The notes below the pieces were generated by a model. That model had not been told where the DNA came from and searched no databases. It saw only the letters and a list, made by a program, of their open reading frames with translations. Position numbers and translations under genes: made by a program. 64,000 bases of DNA, from positions 31,372,001 through 31,436,000 of the forward strand of contig CM022679.1 in assembly GCA_012295275.1 (NCBI GenBank), given 5' to 3'. This stretch comes from Chrysomallon squamiferum (taxonomy: Eukaryota > Animalia > Mollusca). Shown piece by piece: positions 1 to 28,288 of the stretch. Position 1 is the first letter of the stretch; every line of letters begins with the position of its first letter.

Positions 1-1211
1 TAAATGACATCTGTTTTATTTTTCTATGAAAATTAGTCTATGGATTTAAAACGCATGTGAAACAGACACACACAAAAAAAGAACCTTTAATTTTTTTAAA
101 TCGATTATTGATGTTGATGATATTTGTTGTTATTTTCAAACTTAAAAATAAACATTTAACATAAACTAATTTGAGAAGCATTTGGAAATTTCATTAAACT
201 TGATTTTAAAAGAAGACTGAAAGAAAGTATTTTGACAGTTTGTACATATAGATAAAATTGAAATGAAATTCGATTAAAATATAAATGGTAAATGTAAAAT
301 CTAACTGCGCATTCAAAAAAAAAGAAGCAAAAAGCAAATACTATAAATCAGTACAAGGGAGATAACTACAGCCGGATTAATCGAAATTGTTGATGATGCT
401 GTGTATTCTTTTTCTCATTAGCCTGAATTTAATTATGTCGATCACAAAGGTCCATTTTTAATTCTTGTAGCACCCAGTTGATCTTGATACTATTTCTGGT
501 ACCATTTCAATTAGGTAGAATTATAATACATATACTTGTTTTTTGTTTTTTTTTAATTTTAAATTCATTTATATGTTTGTGTGTGTGTGTGTGTGTGTTG
601 TTTCAAATGAATGAACAGACACATTAATATTTTCATATATCTTTTATTCAGATTTCAAATGATAATTAAAGGTATCAAAGCTTATACTTCCATTCACTAT
701 CAGGACAATAATAATATTTTAAAATAAAGCAAATGAAAAAATCTAAATATCACACTTCCATTAAGGAAAAGATGCATTCAACAAGCAACAATAGCTTTTG
801 AATGTGTTTGTGTGGGTAGGGTGCATGTGCATGTGTGTGTGTATGTTTGAATTCTGTTTTTTATTAAATAAATAAAGAAAGAAAGAAAGAACTAAATAAA
901 TATATAAAGAAAGAAAGAAATAAAAAATAAAAAATAAAGATATATATAAATAAATAAATAATAAATATATGTTTTTTTGTTTATGGGAAGAAGCTGATAA
1001 ATAATATGTCACTGCTAATAATAATTTCCTCTCTCTTATTCTCAATATTTATACAAAAAGTAAAATGTCTGAAACATAATAAATAATAATAAAACACACT
1101 GAATATTGTATAAAAATAAATTCATTTAAAATATAAAAACGCAATCATTCACATGCTATCATTCTCTCACAACCAGAAATCAGTGAAAAAAATAAAATAA
1201 AAATAATAATG

Positions 1212-1509
1212 CAAGTTGAGGATCCAATAATTGAAATTCCAAAATCTTGAAATTTATTCCAAGTAGCAGAAATAGTGATATCTTATCTTACGATTTTCTG
1301 ACTGTTGTGCTAGCACACAAACTTCATTTCATGCACAAAAATATTTTTAAAATCCTGCAGACTATTTGCACAAACTTGACGTGAAATGTAAATGGAATTC
1401 TTACTTGCACTTAGATCACATTCTCAGGCTATATTACAAGAATCTGAAATATTCTGAAATGTGAAATTTGTTCAGTCCTATGCATTTTGAATAAAGGATT
1501 CTCAACCTG
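1212..1509 (+). mobile_element. Degenerate non-autonomous Tc1/mariner (pogo/Tigger-like) MITE
   Basis: Imperfect TIRs CAAGTTGAGGATCC... / ...GGATTCTCAACCTG followed by TA. Internal TTTCATGCACAAAA..ATTT and sub-terminal ATCTGAAAT repeats resemble Tigger4/Zombi-type elements as I recall them. A related copy is at 21253-21824. Confidence 0.6.
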
Positions 1510-4500
1510 TACTAAAAACAAAAATGTCAGTTGCAGATGCATAGCTGAGGTCAAGCTGATGATAACAAAAAACATTTAAGTGTTTATTTGATGTACCAGA
1601 TAAAAAAAAAAAAAAAAAAAAATTCTACACAGATTACTTATTATTATCATCATCACCATCTTTTTATTATCACCATTACTGTCATTATTATCATCATCAT
1701 CATCATCATTATTATAAAAATAAAATAAATTATTTTATATATTCCATCATAAGTTTCAGCAGAATTTGCATCATTGGGAGTGATATTTTTAGGAAAATAA
1801 AGCTTCAGTGACAACTGCAAAATACCATATAAAACATTCTATCTGTGCATGATACAGTCAACCAGAAAGAGAAATGATAAAAAAAAAAAAAAAAAAAAAA
1901 AAAAATAGCAATGAATATATAAAATATGAATGCTTTGTTTAAAAAAAAAAAAATCAAATAATAAAATCACTCTTTATGTGTATCTATATAAGTAATAATA
2001 ATCATATTTTAAAACAAAAATTCACTGCAATCTCACAACTAAATAAAATGAAGAAATAAAATAATTTACAATTTGGCAAAATAAGCATTGCATGATCTAA
2101 AAAAAAGAAGAAAAAAGAATAATAAAAATCAATGGTAGTTTTTTTTCTGTAAAAGGCAAGACAAAAAAAAAATTGAATGAAAAAATGTAATCTAAAAAGT
2201 AAATATATACATTAAAAAATTAAATTTAATGTTATTTTAATAGATGATAAAAGAGATTAAATGCACATCTGAAAAAAAAAAAAGTACATTAATGGTAAAT
2301 AATATGAAATACAATTAAAGTCAGTTATTTAATTAAATAAAGTCTTTGCTGAAAAAGTTTTCAATCAGTTCATTTGTATGAGGAATTTAACTGCAAAAAG
2401 CTTTAAGAGTCAGTATTATTTTATATATACAAGTACATAATAACGACATCGGTAAACGCAAAATAAATTATTAACAAGAAAGATAACTCCATTTCAATTG
2501 CTACATAAAATTTGATGTTCTTTTTCATTAAAACAGTTTAATACCATTGTTTTATGTTACTCAGTTGGTTTTAAAAAGATATTTCTATTTATACAATTTA
2601 AAAATTCTGTTATAAAATCAAATAAATAATAAAAATAAGAAGATTTTCGTATCAACAAGTTTGCAGTTTTAGAATAAGTTATCTCCCTTCGTCGTAATTT
2701 TACAATGGTATAAGCGTAGCACCATTTCTGTTAAACAAATCTAAATACAAAATAAAAATATGCTTCTACTCTGTAAATAATTAAAATATAAAAAAAAAAT
2801 TCTCAACAGTAAAACTTATAATTATTAAAAATGATCATAAAAAAATAATAAATATTTTGTTTACTGTATATAAAATATTTATTATCACAATAGTATTCTA
2901 TAAAATATACGGCACACTAAATAAAAAGATTAAATATTAAAAATTAAAAACAAAAATATTTAATTTGGGGGGAATCATTCATATATAAACTGTACTGATC
3001 TTAAACATGTTCATTCTAGCTTGAAATATTAAAAGCCATTTTTTAGTTTTTACATTTTAATTATAACACAAAATTGTGGAGATTAATAAATCATTTTACA
3101 AATCACAGACTACCAAAAATCACAGTTTGTTGACAATTTTGGCACAGTTTTATCTTCAGCAAAAAATGAAATAATGATTATAATAAAGATCTGACAAATT
3201 ATATACTCTACAATAAATATTAAAAATTAATACTGATTAAAGCTTTGTAATTTACAATACATGTATGACAAGTGAAAACAGCTTTCTAAATATTACTATA
3301 AAATTGAAAAATAAAATAAAAATACAAGTCCGAGAAAATTATTAAAGCTAAGAAATACAGTATAAGTAATTAAAAATAAATAAATAAATAAATAAATCTG
3401 CATATGTACAAAATCGTTTTTACAAGATCAAAGGTATATTATTAATACAAAATTTAAAGTATAAAATGAAAATTAATTAATAGGCTCTTTCTTCGTAGAT
3501 ATATTTTATGACCTTATTAATTAAAATTTGAAAAGTACAAAATGCAAATTGGTAAATTTCAAAAAGATTATAAAATATAATGCAAAAAAGATTTTAAAAC
3601 TTTCTGATCAAAAGTACCATTAGTTCTCTATATTTCCTTAACATATGTTTTTTTTTAACTACTATATCAAACTTTATATCTTTTAACCATAAATTTAGTG
3701 CTATACATTTGTGGTTTATTATACTGTCAATACTTCATATCACTCTTAATTCCTGTTTGTGTCATGTTATTTGCTTCTTAGTCAATTTATTTATTATTGC
3801 CGTACATCTTAATGAGTAACCGTCAAACGTCACATTAGGAATTACTAATTTTATAAATGATTTGTTATATTCGAATAATTCTTCTCTATGTGTAATGTCT
3901 TGTGTCTTTAGACAAATAATTCATTTTACCTGTTAATAAATTAAGTCTTTATGCCATGTCACAGCTTGGGATAAGTAACAGTTTATGTATCATCTGTTTC
4001 CTAATTATTGATCATGTCTCATGTCTTTTACCAAATGATTCGCTATGGTCTATTTGATGATTTCAGATGAATGATGAATCATTCATTATCTCATACTGTG
4101 TGTCCTAGAGAACATTTCACTGGGTAACTTGTATGTCATCACTTATGTATGAATTTATCATCTGATGTCTTAGATCTCTATATGAATGATTAATAATGCT
4201 TTGGTTCTTGCTCTGTTACTGAATTGCTTAATATGTCATCAAATTTTTATTACGTCGTAGCAACTATAAAAGTTATTAATTCACATTTTAAATGATTTCA
4301 TTCAGGATTATTAATCAGTCTTTGTATGTCTTTCGTATATAAATAATTAATTGTGTAATGACATATCAAATATATCGCTTTAAAGATATCAACTGAGTCT
4401 TTGTATGACTATTAAATTAACGATGTAATGTCATGTCTTTGAAAATAATATCTCACTTTTTCCAGTTATTCTGTTGTCTGTGAATTGAAGAGATTCTGTT

Positions 4501-4545
4501 TTTAAGTTATACGTCTGTGTGTCTAGATGTCGTTTCTTGCTTGAG

Positions 4546-18464
<13,919 letters not shown>

Positions 18465-18530
18465 CTTCTCCTGATACTGTGCACAGTCTTCTCAATGCTG
18501 AAACAAACAAAATGTGTTAGTTAATTAAAA

Positions 18531-18565
<35 letters not shown>

Positions 18566-18726
18566 ATATACAAACAAACAAACAAACAAACAAATAAGTA
18601 AATAAATAAATATACAAACAAACAAACAAATAAAAAAATATAAAAAAAAGAGGAAATAACACAAGATAATAAAGGTATAAACTTATGTTACATATACATA
18701 CTTAGACATACATGCATACACACATG

Positions 18727-18772
<46 letters not shown>

Positions 18773-19597
18773 TTACACACACATACATATATATTATAGA
18801 CACACACACAAAATATACACATACATACATAATAAACACACACAAACACATATACATATACATATATAGATATATACACAAACAGACATTACATAAATAA
18901 ACAAATATGGAAGTTTGTAGCTCTTGTAAATTGTTAAATTAAAAATGTTTTTAAAAGAGGAGGCTGTAGTGTTACAGTACATACTTGAATAAAGTGCTAT
19001 GAGTTAAAACAATTATGTTGTTCTCTTAGAAAAGATTTGTAAAGGTAGAAAATGTACTGTAGTTGTTTTGATAACATCATGTCACTGAAGATAAAATTAC
19101 TTTTAAACAACAGTATATCCCAATATCCATATATTATAATTTATATATTTATTTATTTATTATCAGTAGCTCTGACAGTTATTAAGATGTTTAAAACTTA
19201 AACACTTATATCTAAATCTGTTTAATTAAGTTTATATAAAATACAACTGATGCTTCACAAACAACCAGTAATTAAGCTGGTAATTATAAAACAAAGAAAT
19301 AAACCAAAACATGAAATTTTTTTACCAACCCCCATAACATAAAATTATGAAAACAGCAAGAACTAAACAGTTGATAATAATATCGCTGTTAACTGAAGGG
19401 TCATTTCTGTTAAGGTATAAATACATCTACTGACTGTAAAACGTTAAAATCGTGTTCGGTATTAACGTAATTTGTAAAGATAATTCAATGATGAATGATG
19501 TAATGATAGAGGATTGTTGAAAATGTTTGAAACTGCTCTCACATACCTCGTATTCCACTAACACATCTCCATTCACGATAGTCATTCCATATAGAAC

Positions 19598-19785
19598 GAG
19601 CACTGTGTTCATGTTAAGCTGTAAACCTGTCTACTATTGGGATTACACGTCCCCAAGGATACAGCTATTTGTTTGCTCAATTGCCCTCGCATTGTGTTCC
19701 ATTGATTCGAGCAATTATCTCCCTTGATGCGCAAACTGAATGGTTTTATGCAATGATATCCAATTCCCAGATGGTTAAGATAAAT
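19598..19785 (-). repeat. 188-bp dispersed repeat, copy A (inverted relative to 21461-21648)
   Basis: Reverse complement aligns without gaps to 21461-21648, with 13 mismatches by hand count. Confidence 0.95.
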
Positions 19786-20039
19786 AACACTGTTTATGTA
19801 ACTTAAATACATATATATAATGTACTGGAAATTATACATTATGTTTATTTTGATCAATTTTATTTGTTTTTAATTACTTAGCATGGAACTTCAATAGTGT
19901 TAGAAGAATTATGTCCCTTCTTGAGGAATTCATATTTAACTATGTGAACTTTAAACTTAGAGCTATATACGAAATAAAAAACAACAAATAAATGATGGCA
20001 TTCGTGTATTTATAACTGTTATCGGTGCAAATATACAAC

Positions 20040-20290
20040 TGGGAAACGTTCAAAATTGTAGAATACATTATTCATTATGTGCCGTCTGCTACCGGAAATT
20101 GATATGAATGTCCTTAGCAACAAAGGCCCGGATGTTGATTATACAAAATGGAGGATAACTTTCTAGTTTTCGCGAGGAACATGAACGATTTACATTGTCA
20201 TTGTAACGCTTAAATGTACCTTTAAAACATTGGTTGTAGAGGAAACGGGAAACACTGTTCAACTTTAAAATGGCGCTGGAAAGAGCAAAG
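20040..20290. promoter_or_regulatory. Probable bidirectional promoter shared by the FBXW10-like gene (-) and DNAH3 (+)
   Basis: Lies between the two divergent starts and is locally richer in CpG than the introns. Clustered motifs: ETS-like ACCGGAAAT 20091-20099 and CCGGATGT 20128-20135, X-box-like 20108-20121, TTTTCGCGAG 20167-20176, ATTGG (CCAAT) 20229-20233, YY1-like AAAATGGCG 20267-20275 overlapping the inferred DNAH3 ATG. TSS positions cannot be seen. Confidence 0.7.
20108..20121 (-). promoter_or_regulatory. RFX X-box-like element
   Basis: Minus strand GTTGCTAAGGACAT has a strong GTTGCY half-site and fits the X-box pattern; it lies ~150 bp upstream of a motile-cilia gene start. A weaker candidate GTTGTAGAGGAAAC is at 20233-20246. 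Confidence 0.6.
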
Positions 20291-20581
20291 GTTGGGTTTA
20301 ACAATAATTTTATTATTATTATCAGTAAACATTCATGCATTCGAAAGGCCAAAGTTAAAGTTTAAATGAAAGGCACCTTAAGCTTAGCTGATTTTATTTC
20401 TGTTTATTATTACTTTTTTTTTAATGTTGAAAATCCTGTCCGCCGTTGGGTGATTATTTTCATTATAAATTAATATCAGCCATCTATTGCCTTTTACGTA
20501 TTTTATTTTTATTTGTCATATAAAATAATAAATATATTGGATTTCCAACAAATAGATTAATAATATTTATTTTTATTTATT

Positions 20582-20629
<48 letters not shown>

Positions 20630-22509
20630 TACCAATTTATTTTTTAAAACACAAACTAAATAAATAGAACTTAGTAATTCAAAAATAAATATACAAACAT
20701 TTTTTCTTCAGAAGATTATAAGATTTGATACAAAATTAGTGTTTTATTATAATTCTTACAGTTAATTCTTAGCAAATATTAAGTAAATAAATGACATTTA
20801 ATTAAAGGCAATGTTTTTCTTTAACAACCATGCTTTCTTTAAATAAAAAAAAAAAAAAAATAAATAAATGGCCATAACACTGATATTAATAGTAGATTTT
20901 TAAAAATAATAATAATCAAATGTTGCTTACTGTTTTAATATTTAAACTTGATTAAAGTAAAGAATAAATGAGAAACTTGTGATTTAGTTTGTTTTTTTTT
21001 TTTTTTTTTTTTTTTCTTTTCTTTTATTTTATTATTATTATTATTATTATTTATATTTAATTTTTTTTTTTTTAATTTGGTAATGGTAATTAAATTTTTA
21101 TTTTTATTTTTATTTTCATTTTATTTTTATTTTTTTTTTTTTTTAGTATTGTGATACTCCAATGTTCAGCTGCAGCAAAACAAGAGGTCTTCCAGGTCTT
21201 CCTCCATTACCTCCGTCTGTAACAGAATCATCTGATCTTTATCAGGTAAATACTGCTTGAAGATTCCTTATCCAACATTTCAAAATCAGAAAAGCTCCAA
21301 ATGCTAAATTATTTTTGAGCAGATCTTAAAGATTTCCAGTGGTTTAATGTACTGAAATTTTATTTGAAGCACGAAATTATATATATTAAAAAATATATAT
21401 TGCTTATATATATATATATTATATTCTATAACAGAATTATCTACACACACACATTCAAACATTTATCTTAACCATCTGAGAATTGGGTATCATTGCTTAA
21501 AGACATTTAATTTGCACATCAAGGGAGATAATTGCTCAAATCAATGGAAGACAATGCAAGGGCAATTGAGCAAACAAATAGCTGTATCCTTGGGGATGTG
21601 TAATCCCAATAGTAGACAGGTTTACAGCTTAACATGGACACAGTGCTCAATCTATATAATATATATAAAACTACCTGGAAACTATCTGAGAAATAGAAAT
21701 TAAAGTCCTGTTTAGACTTGGGCTGTTATTCTCATTTTATTTCTTTATATTCTATAATCTGAAAAATCCTGAGATCCTAAACACTTCCAGTCCAAAGCAT
21801 TTCAGAAACGGTATCATCAATCTGTAGAATTTCAAATTAGACATGAACTAAACTGTTTTCTATAATCTATTCCCCTTAATACACCTTTTGACTTATTTCC
21901 CATACAGTTAGTGGCTGTCATCTGGTTTACTAAAGTCTGTGATATCTGCTTCCCTGTTTCAGTGAAGTGTTTATTTTAGATCCGTTATTATCTTCATTAT
22001 ATGAATTTTCTGTGTTTCACCTTAATTAATACATGTATGGCACTTATGGCAGGAAATTAAATATGACAGTAATTAAATTAAGACATTTCTATGTTGCTGT
22101 GAATTAGATTGTACTGCGAAACAGTGAACATCCACCCTTGATGAAAGGCACATCATGGACACAGGCATCACCATTTAAAGAGGAGAAGTATCACAGATCT
22201 CCTAGTGAATCCATCGCCAACAACTACACCCCTACAGCGTCTGGTCTCAGACTTAAAACCATGGCCAGACTAATACGATCAAAAACAAAAGGTAAAATAT
22301 TAAATGATGACAAACATAATATTGCCTCATACAGTTATCGGTATAGTTAAAAGATTTTTTTAATTATTATTTCTTTCATATAATTGTTTTTTTTATGTGT
22401 TTTCATATATTTTTTATTTTGTATATTCAAAAATAATTGATTGTGTTTTCTTTTTATTTATTTTTTCATATTTTATTTTCATACTTTATTTGTTTTTATC
22501 ATCTTTTTT

Positions 22510-22561
<52 letters not shown>

Positions 22562-23028
22562 TATGATATTTTAAATTTATGAATTTTATATATTTTTATT
22601 TTATTTATTTACTTTTTTTATTTCTGACTTTACACAATTATTCTCTATCAGGTTGTAGTATTTGTAGCATTTTACAGACTTTTCTTTGTATATAAGCAGA
22701 GTTAAAATAGAATAGGATTCTTTTTTCCTTTCGTATTTTCATGTCACTTTTAGATAGTTTTGGTTTTCTGCCAGTGTCAGTTCATTTTTATGTGGTTGTT
22801 TTCAATCTTTAATTTTGTTATTTGAAGGAAAAATGGTAATAAAACAATGTTTCAGTGAGTGCAAAATAATTTTATAAATATTGTAGACATTAATTTATAA
22901 TGGAAATAATCAACATTAATAAAAAAAAAAAAAATAAATAAAAATAAAATCAGCTAAGCTTAAGGTACATTCTTCTCCTAAATTCAAAATTCAGTCAGAT
23001 TTGTGTGACAGATATTTTTATTTCATTT

Positions 23029-23093
<65 letters not shown>

Positions 23094-26000
23094 TTATTAT
23101 TATTATTTTATTTTTGGTTGCCTTTTAATAAATGTTAATAATAACTGAATTTTAATTGTTACATAATAATTACTAGATGAAAAATATTGAAAAAGAAATA
23201 CAAGGTTTATGTAAAAAGACATTAAAAAATAATAATAATAATAAAAATTCTCTATTACATTTATAAAGTAGAATCCCTGTAAACAATAGAACTATTATAT
23301 TTCACAGCACTTGTTCAGTGCCATGTTTCCATTATTGATAGTTATTCTGTATTCTGTCAACAGTCTGTAAATATCTCAGTCAGTTACATCGGCTGATGCT
23401 GTTGCACCTTTGACCCTAATTCAGAGTTCACTAAATGGATAAATATTTAATGATGTCTCAAATAAATGTTATCATTAATGGTTATTTGGTATCAATCACA
23501 CATTTTCATACAATATTTATGATGTAAGAGAGCATAACCTTTATTGATTAAGAACAAAGGTGTTTATAAGCAGCTTCTCAGATAAAGCAAACCTGTGTAA
23601 ATCAGCCATACCAGTTAGAACGAGGAGTCCAGTTGTTTGTTAAGGATTACTGCAGATTATTCAAATGTTTTACACATAGCATCATATAAAACACTTACCT
23701 TGATTTGCTGTAAGCTAGGTAAATTCAGTTTACTCTTAAGTAGTCATTTATTTATCTTTTATTTATCTATTTTGGCTACATTTACATTTAGTAAGAATCT
23801 TAATTTCAGCAAAGAAAAAGCCAGGGATGCTGCATGGTAAAAAAAACTAAAATTTGTACTAACAAACAGTTGTGCAGATTTTTTAATTTATGCACCCACA
23901 TGTTTATTTTCTTTTATTTATTTTTCTTTTATTGGTTTTCATTTTAAATGAATAAATTATCAAATATGTTAGTTGTGAATTAATAAGAAATATATGTAAG
24001 GATACATTTTTTGTCATCTTTCACGTCCGCTAATATTTCAAATTAAATGTAAATATTACATTTCTCATCTAAGTCATTGGTTTTGATCAGTTTCTGTATC
24101 ATTTTCTGATTATTTCATGTATCAAAAGCATTGCACAAGATAATTTTGATTGTTAATTTATTACAGAATGAGTTAAATTAATGGTTAATTGAGTGGCCAG
24201 CTCTAAATAGATAGAGTAATGCACCTTGCATTAATATTCAAAGTTACCATCATTAAATAACTGCAATGAATTTCTCTACATATTACGACTAGCAATATTT
24301 TATTATGTTCAAAATTGATATCTGTTGATTCAAAGTTTCATTAGGATAAATATCATTATGAAGATAGCTGTCATAAAGATCAATAAATATTATATTTTCA
24401 TGTGCTTAAAATGAAGTGATGGGCTGTTTATTATTTTTCATAATAATAAAATAATAATACTTTTTTGTTTCGATATCTTTATTAAAATCCAGTTTTGATT
24501 ATCACATTGTTAATGTTTTCATCACTTAACTCATTTCACATTCATTCATTTTTTTTTTTTTTTTTTTTTAATTTTGGATTTGATTATAAGTTTTTACCAT
24601 AAATTTTTTTTTTTTTTTCAATGTACACAACTCATTTTAGTTATCATTTTGATTTGCACTTTGTTCTTTCATCACTCTCTACAAAATTTATTGAAAAAAT
24701 TCATCAAAGATCATATATATATATATATGGTACATCTTTTTTTAACACATCACATTTGAGTTATTCTTTTCAAAATTTCTATTTCTTATACATTTATTTG
24801 TGCTGTTACATTACAGTAAACTGTTGTACATTTGTTTTTAATTCATACATCAACCCATGCATTCAAAACCTCCATCATAAGCCTCTTTATCAGCCAATAC
24901 CCATCAATTTTGTTTTTAATGGTACTTTGTTCATTAGATACTGCTAATTAATTTTTGTACAAATAAACAATACCTAATCTACACAGAGATATGCAACTAA
25001 TTTTGATACGAACAGTTTATATAATATTCTTGTTGTTATATTAAATTAATGATCTTGTTTTCAGTTGATGGTCGAATGAAGAGTCCAAGAAAACCTTTTC
25101 CTCGAAGTAAAACCTACTTTGAACCTAGAACACACGGGTGAGATTAACACTTTGTATATATTTCTGCTAGCGATAATTCTTTCACTGAATAACTGAATAA
25201 TATACAAAACTAGGATTTGCACTGCTGCCATAATGGTGGCAAAACACACTAGGCTGATACAATGAGGGTGTGTCATGTTTTTGCAGCATAACAAGAAGTT
25301 TTGTTTAAGGCCAAATGGTGTATCCACTTTCTGCAGTTAACAGAATTTTTTGTATATATCTGCTTTTAGCAAAGAAAGAGTAAAAATACTAAAATGTAAC
25401 TACATACATATAATGTACCCCCTGCATATTGTTTAATATGTGTATTGCTGATCAGTATATGTGACAGAGTAAACACATAACTAAAATATACCTTCAAGTT
25501 ATTTTCTTTCTTCTTTTTCTGACAATGTGCTCATAGTAATATATCCACTAATGTTTGATAAAATCAATTCCATGGCAATTCATGTAGGATGCCATTTTCT
25601 TCTCTTTTTTTTTGTCAATGAAAATGGCATGCTTATAAAAGTAAAAAATAAATAAATAATGTCCTGATAATTAATAATTTACTGATTAGTCAGTGGTGAT
25701 TAAGTTAATCAAGCTGGCAGTGTATTTCTTGAATGTCTTTCTTTTTTTTTGTCTTACTTACTTTATTAGAAATGCAAATAATCAGCCATCTTCTTTCTTC
25801 AGTGTCAAAGAATTTTTTGACATCATGTTTTTTAGTGACAGCTATGATAAGACCAACTGGCTGCCAGAAATCGAGGAACTACCACCAAGCCGACCTTTGA
25901 CCCCATCAGAGCAGATAGACATTATGTTAGCAATAGAAGGTGAAGTGAAATCTGAATCAGGAGAGCCAACAGAAAAAGATCTGGAGGTAATAAATTATTT

Positions 26001-27474
26001 TTATAAATTGATATCTGTGTGTCTAACGGTATGAAAATATGTGTTAAATAATTCAGCAGAACATTTTAATGTACATCAACCATAGCCACCATTAGTTGGA
26101 AAAACCCCATTAATGACTGAATATCACAGTTCTGTGTCATTATTTTATAACTGGAAATAGCCCAGTTGATGCTACAACCATTGTTGATTATTATACAGAT
26201 TTCTAACTTATGATACACTGAGTATAAGACACTGCCTAGATCTGGAAAACAGACTAATGGACACATTAATGATATGCCCAGTATGTTTTACAAGTGAATT
26301 GCATGTCCACTTCCCTAAACTGATTCGCTTGTTCTCTTATTTCTTTTCAGCGGTACTACTACTATATTAGGAAAGGCATTTTTCAAACTATGCTGGCACC
26401 CCAGCAACCAGATCAATTGAGAAGAATACAAAATCTGATTCCTGAAACACTACTAACCAATCCAGAATTGGAACTGGATATCCAGGGTCTGTTAGAGGAG
26501 GTTGGCTCTGACTATGAATACAGCCTGAGAAAAGCTATAGGTCAGTGATACTTACTTTTAACCTACATATCTGAATTAATTATGTGTATAATATTTATTA
26601 TTTTGATTATAGGTCATTCATTTTTTCTATGCAAATTATTCTTTTTACTCAGTTTTTATTTAAAAAAAATAATTTTCTACAAATTAAATATCATATTAAC
26701 TGTAATTTATTAGTTCTTACTTTTTTGTCTCTCTCTATTGCAGTCTTTCCCATTGTTTGTTTCTCATTCCATCCTTCTCCATTTCTTCCTCTCTTTCTCC
26801 CCTCTTTCCCTCCATGTCTGTGTCTCTTTCTCCTTCTTCCCTGTCTGTCCATCTATCCCTCTATCTATCTGTCTTTCTATATCTATATATGTGATATATT
26901 AAAAAAAGAAGAAAAAAAGAAGAAGAAATCCCCCCAAAATGAGTTCAAAACATAAGATTTGTTTCTTAATTTCAGTTGACTATATATTAAAAGACCCTCA
27001 TGAAAAGGAACGACTCCACATTAAATGGACTCCAGAACCATTTCCACAGAGGTAGCTGTCTTTCTTTTATCTCTTTATTATTTATTTATTTATTTAAAAA
27101 AAAAAATAGCTGCCTAATTTTATTTTATACACCTGTTTTTTTTAATTTATCAAATTTACCTCCATCAGTGTTGTTAACATTTCAGAATTATCCGTGCCCC
27201 AGTTCCCTGGCACGACAGTTACACACAAAGTAAGAGCTACAACAGTCTTCACCTCTTCATCACGAACCAAATCATGCTGGAGCTGCAGAACATTTGGTTT
27301 AATGAGTAAGTATATGTTTATCTGTGTGTATTCATGCATGTTCGTGTGTTTAATACAAGCAAACTATCCAGCAGTATGTTCCTTAATTATATTTTATTTA
27401 TTTATTTATTTAATTACATATTTTTGTTTCACTATTATTTATTGCTTGCTGGTTTGTATTTATTTTGTTTATTA

Positions 27475-27511
<37 letters not shown>

Positions 27512-27548
27512 GTTATTGTTATTGTTATTGTTATTGTTATTGTTATTA

Positions 27549-27591
<43 letters not shown>

Positions 27592-28256
27592 TTATTATTT
27601 TATTATTTTATTATTATTATTATATATATATTTTTAAATATTTATTATTAAGTTGATATTTATATTTAACATCAGCTAGTTCTAAAATAATACATACCAA
27701 ATATCAGCTAGTTCTAAAATAATACATATACCAAATATCTGACATTTATGAATTATTATAGAATGACATAAAATAATGTTGGTATACAAATATATGTGTT
27801 TCTCAAATCTTGTGGTACTCTATTCTTTCAAGTTGATGGCTTTAGTACACTAGAAAAAAATTACAATAACATATTATTAATTCTTGTCTCTATAACTAAG
27901 ATTTGTATGAATTGTTTTTATTTACAGCTTTGCTGACCAGAGGTTTGTCAATCTGAAAGAGCTGACCAATGAAGACCTGCCTTTGTTACCTTCTGAGTTT
28001 GAGTCTCTCATCAAAAAACAATGTTGGGCTGCACATGAAGTACTGAGAAAAACGTACGAGTTATTTTCTGTTGTGTCTTTGCTGAATTGTCAGTGGAAAC
28101 ATATAGTCTAAAAACATTTTGGATATTTTCAACGTATTATGATGATGATGATGATTATTGTTGTTATTTTCATTTTCCTTATTATCTACACAGTCATCAT
28201 TGCTATTATTATTATGATAAATATTATTGTTGTCATTATTATTATTATTACTTTTA

Positions 28257-28288
<32 letters not shown>

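Noticed and set aside
4070-4165. C/D-box-like pair (ATGATGA...CTGA)
   Set aside because: It lies in a degenerate AT-rich repeat downstream of the stop codon, with no clear terminal stem or recognisable guide.
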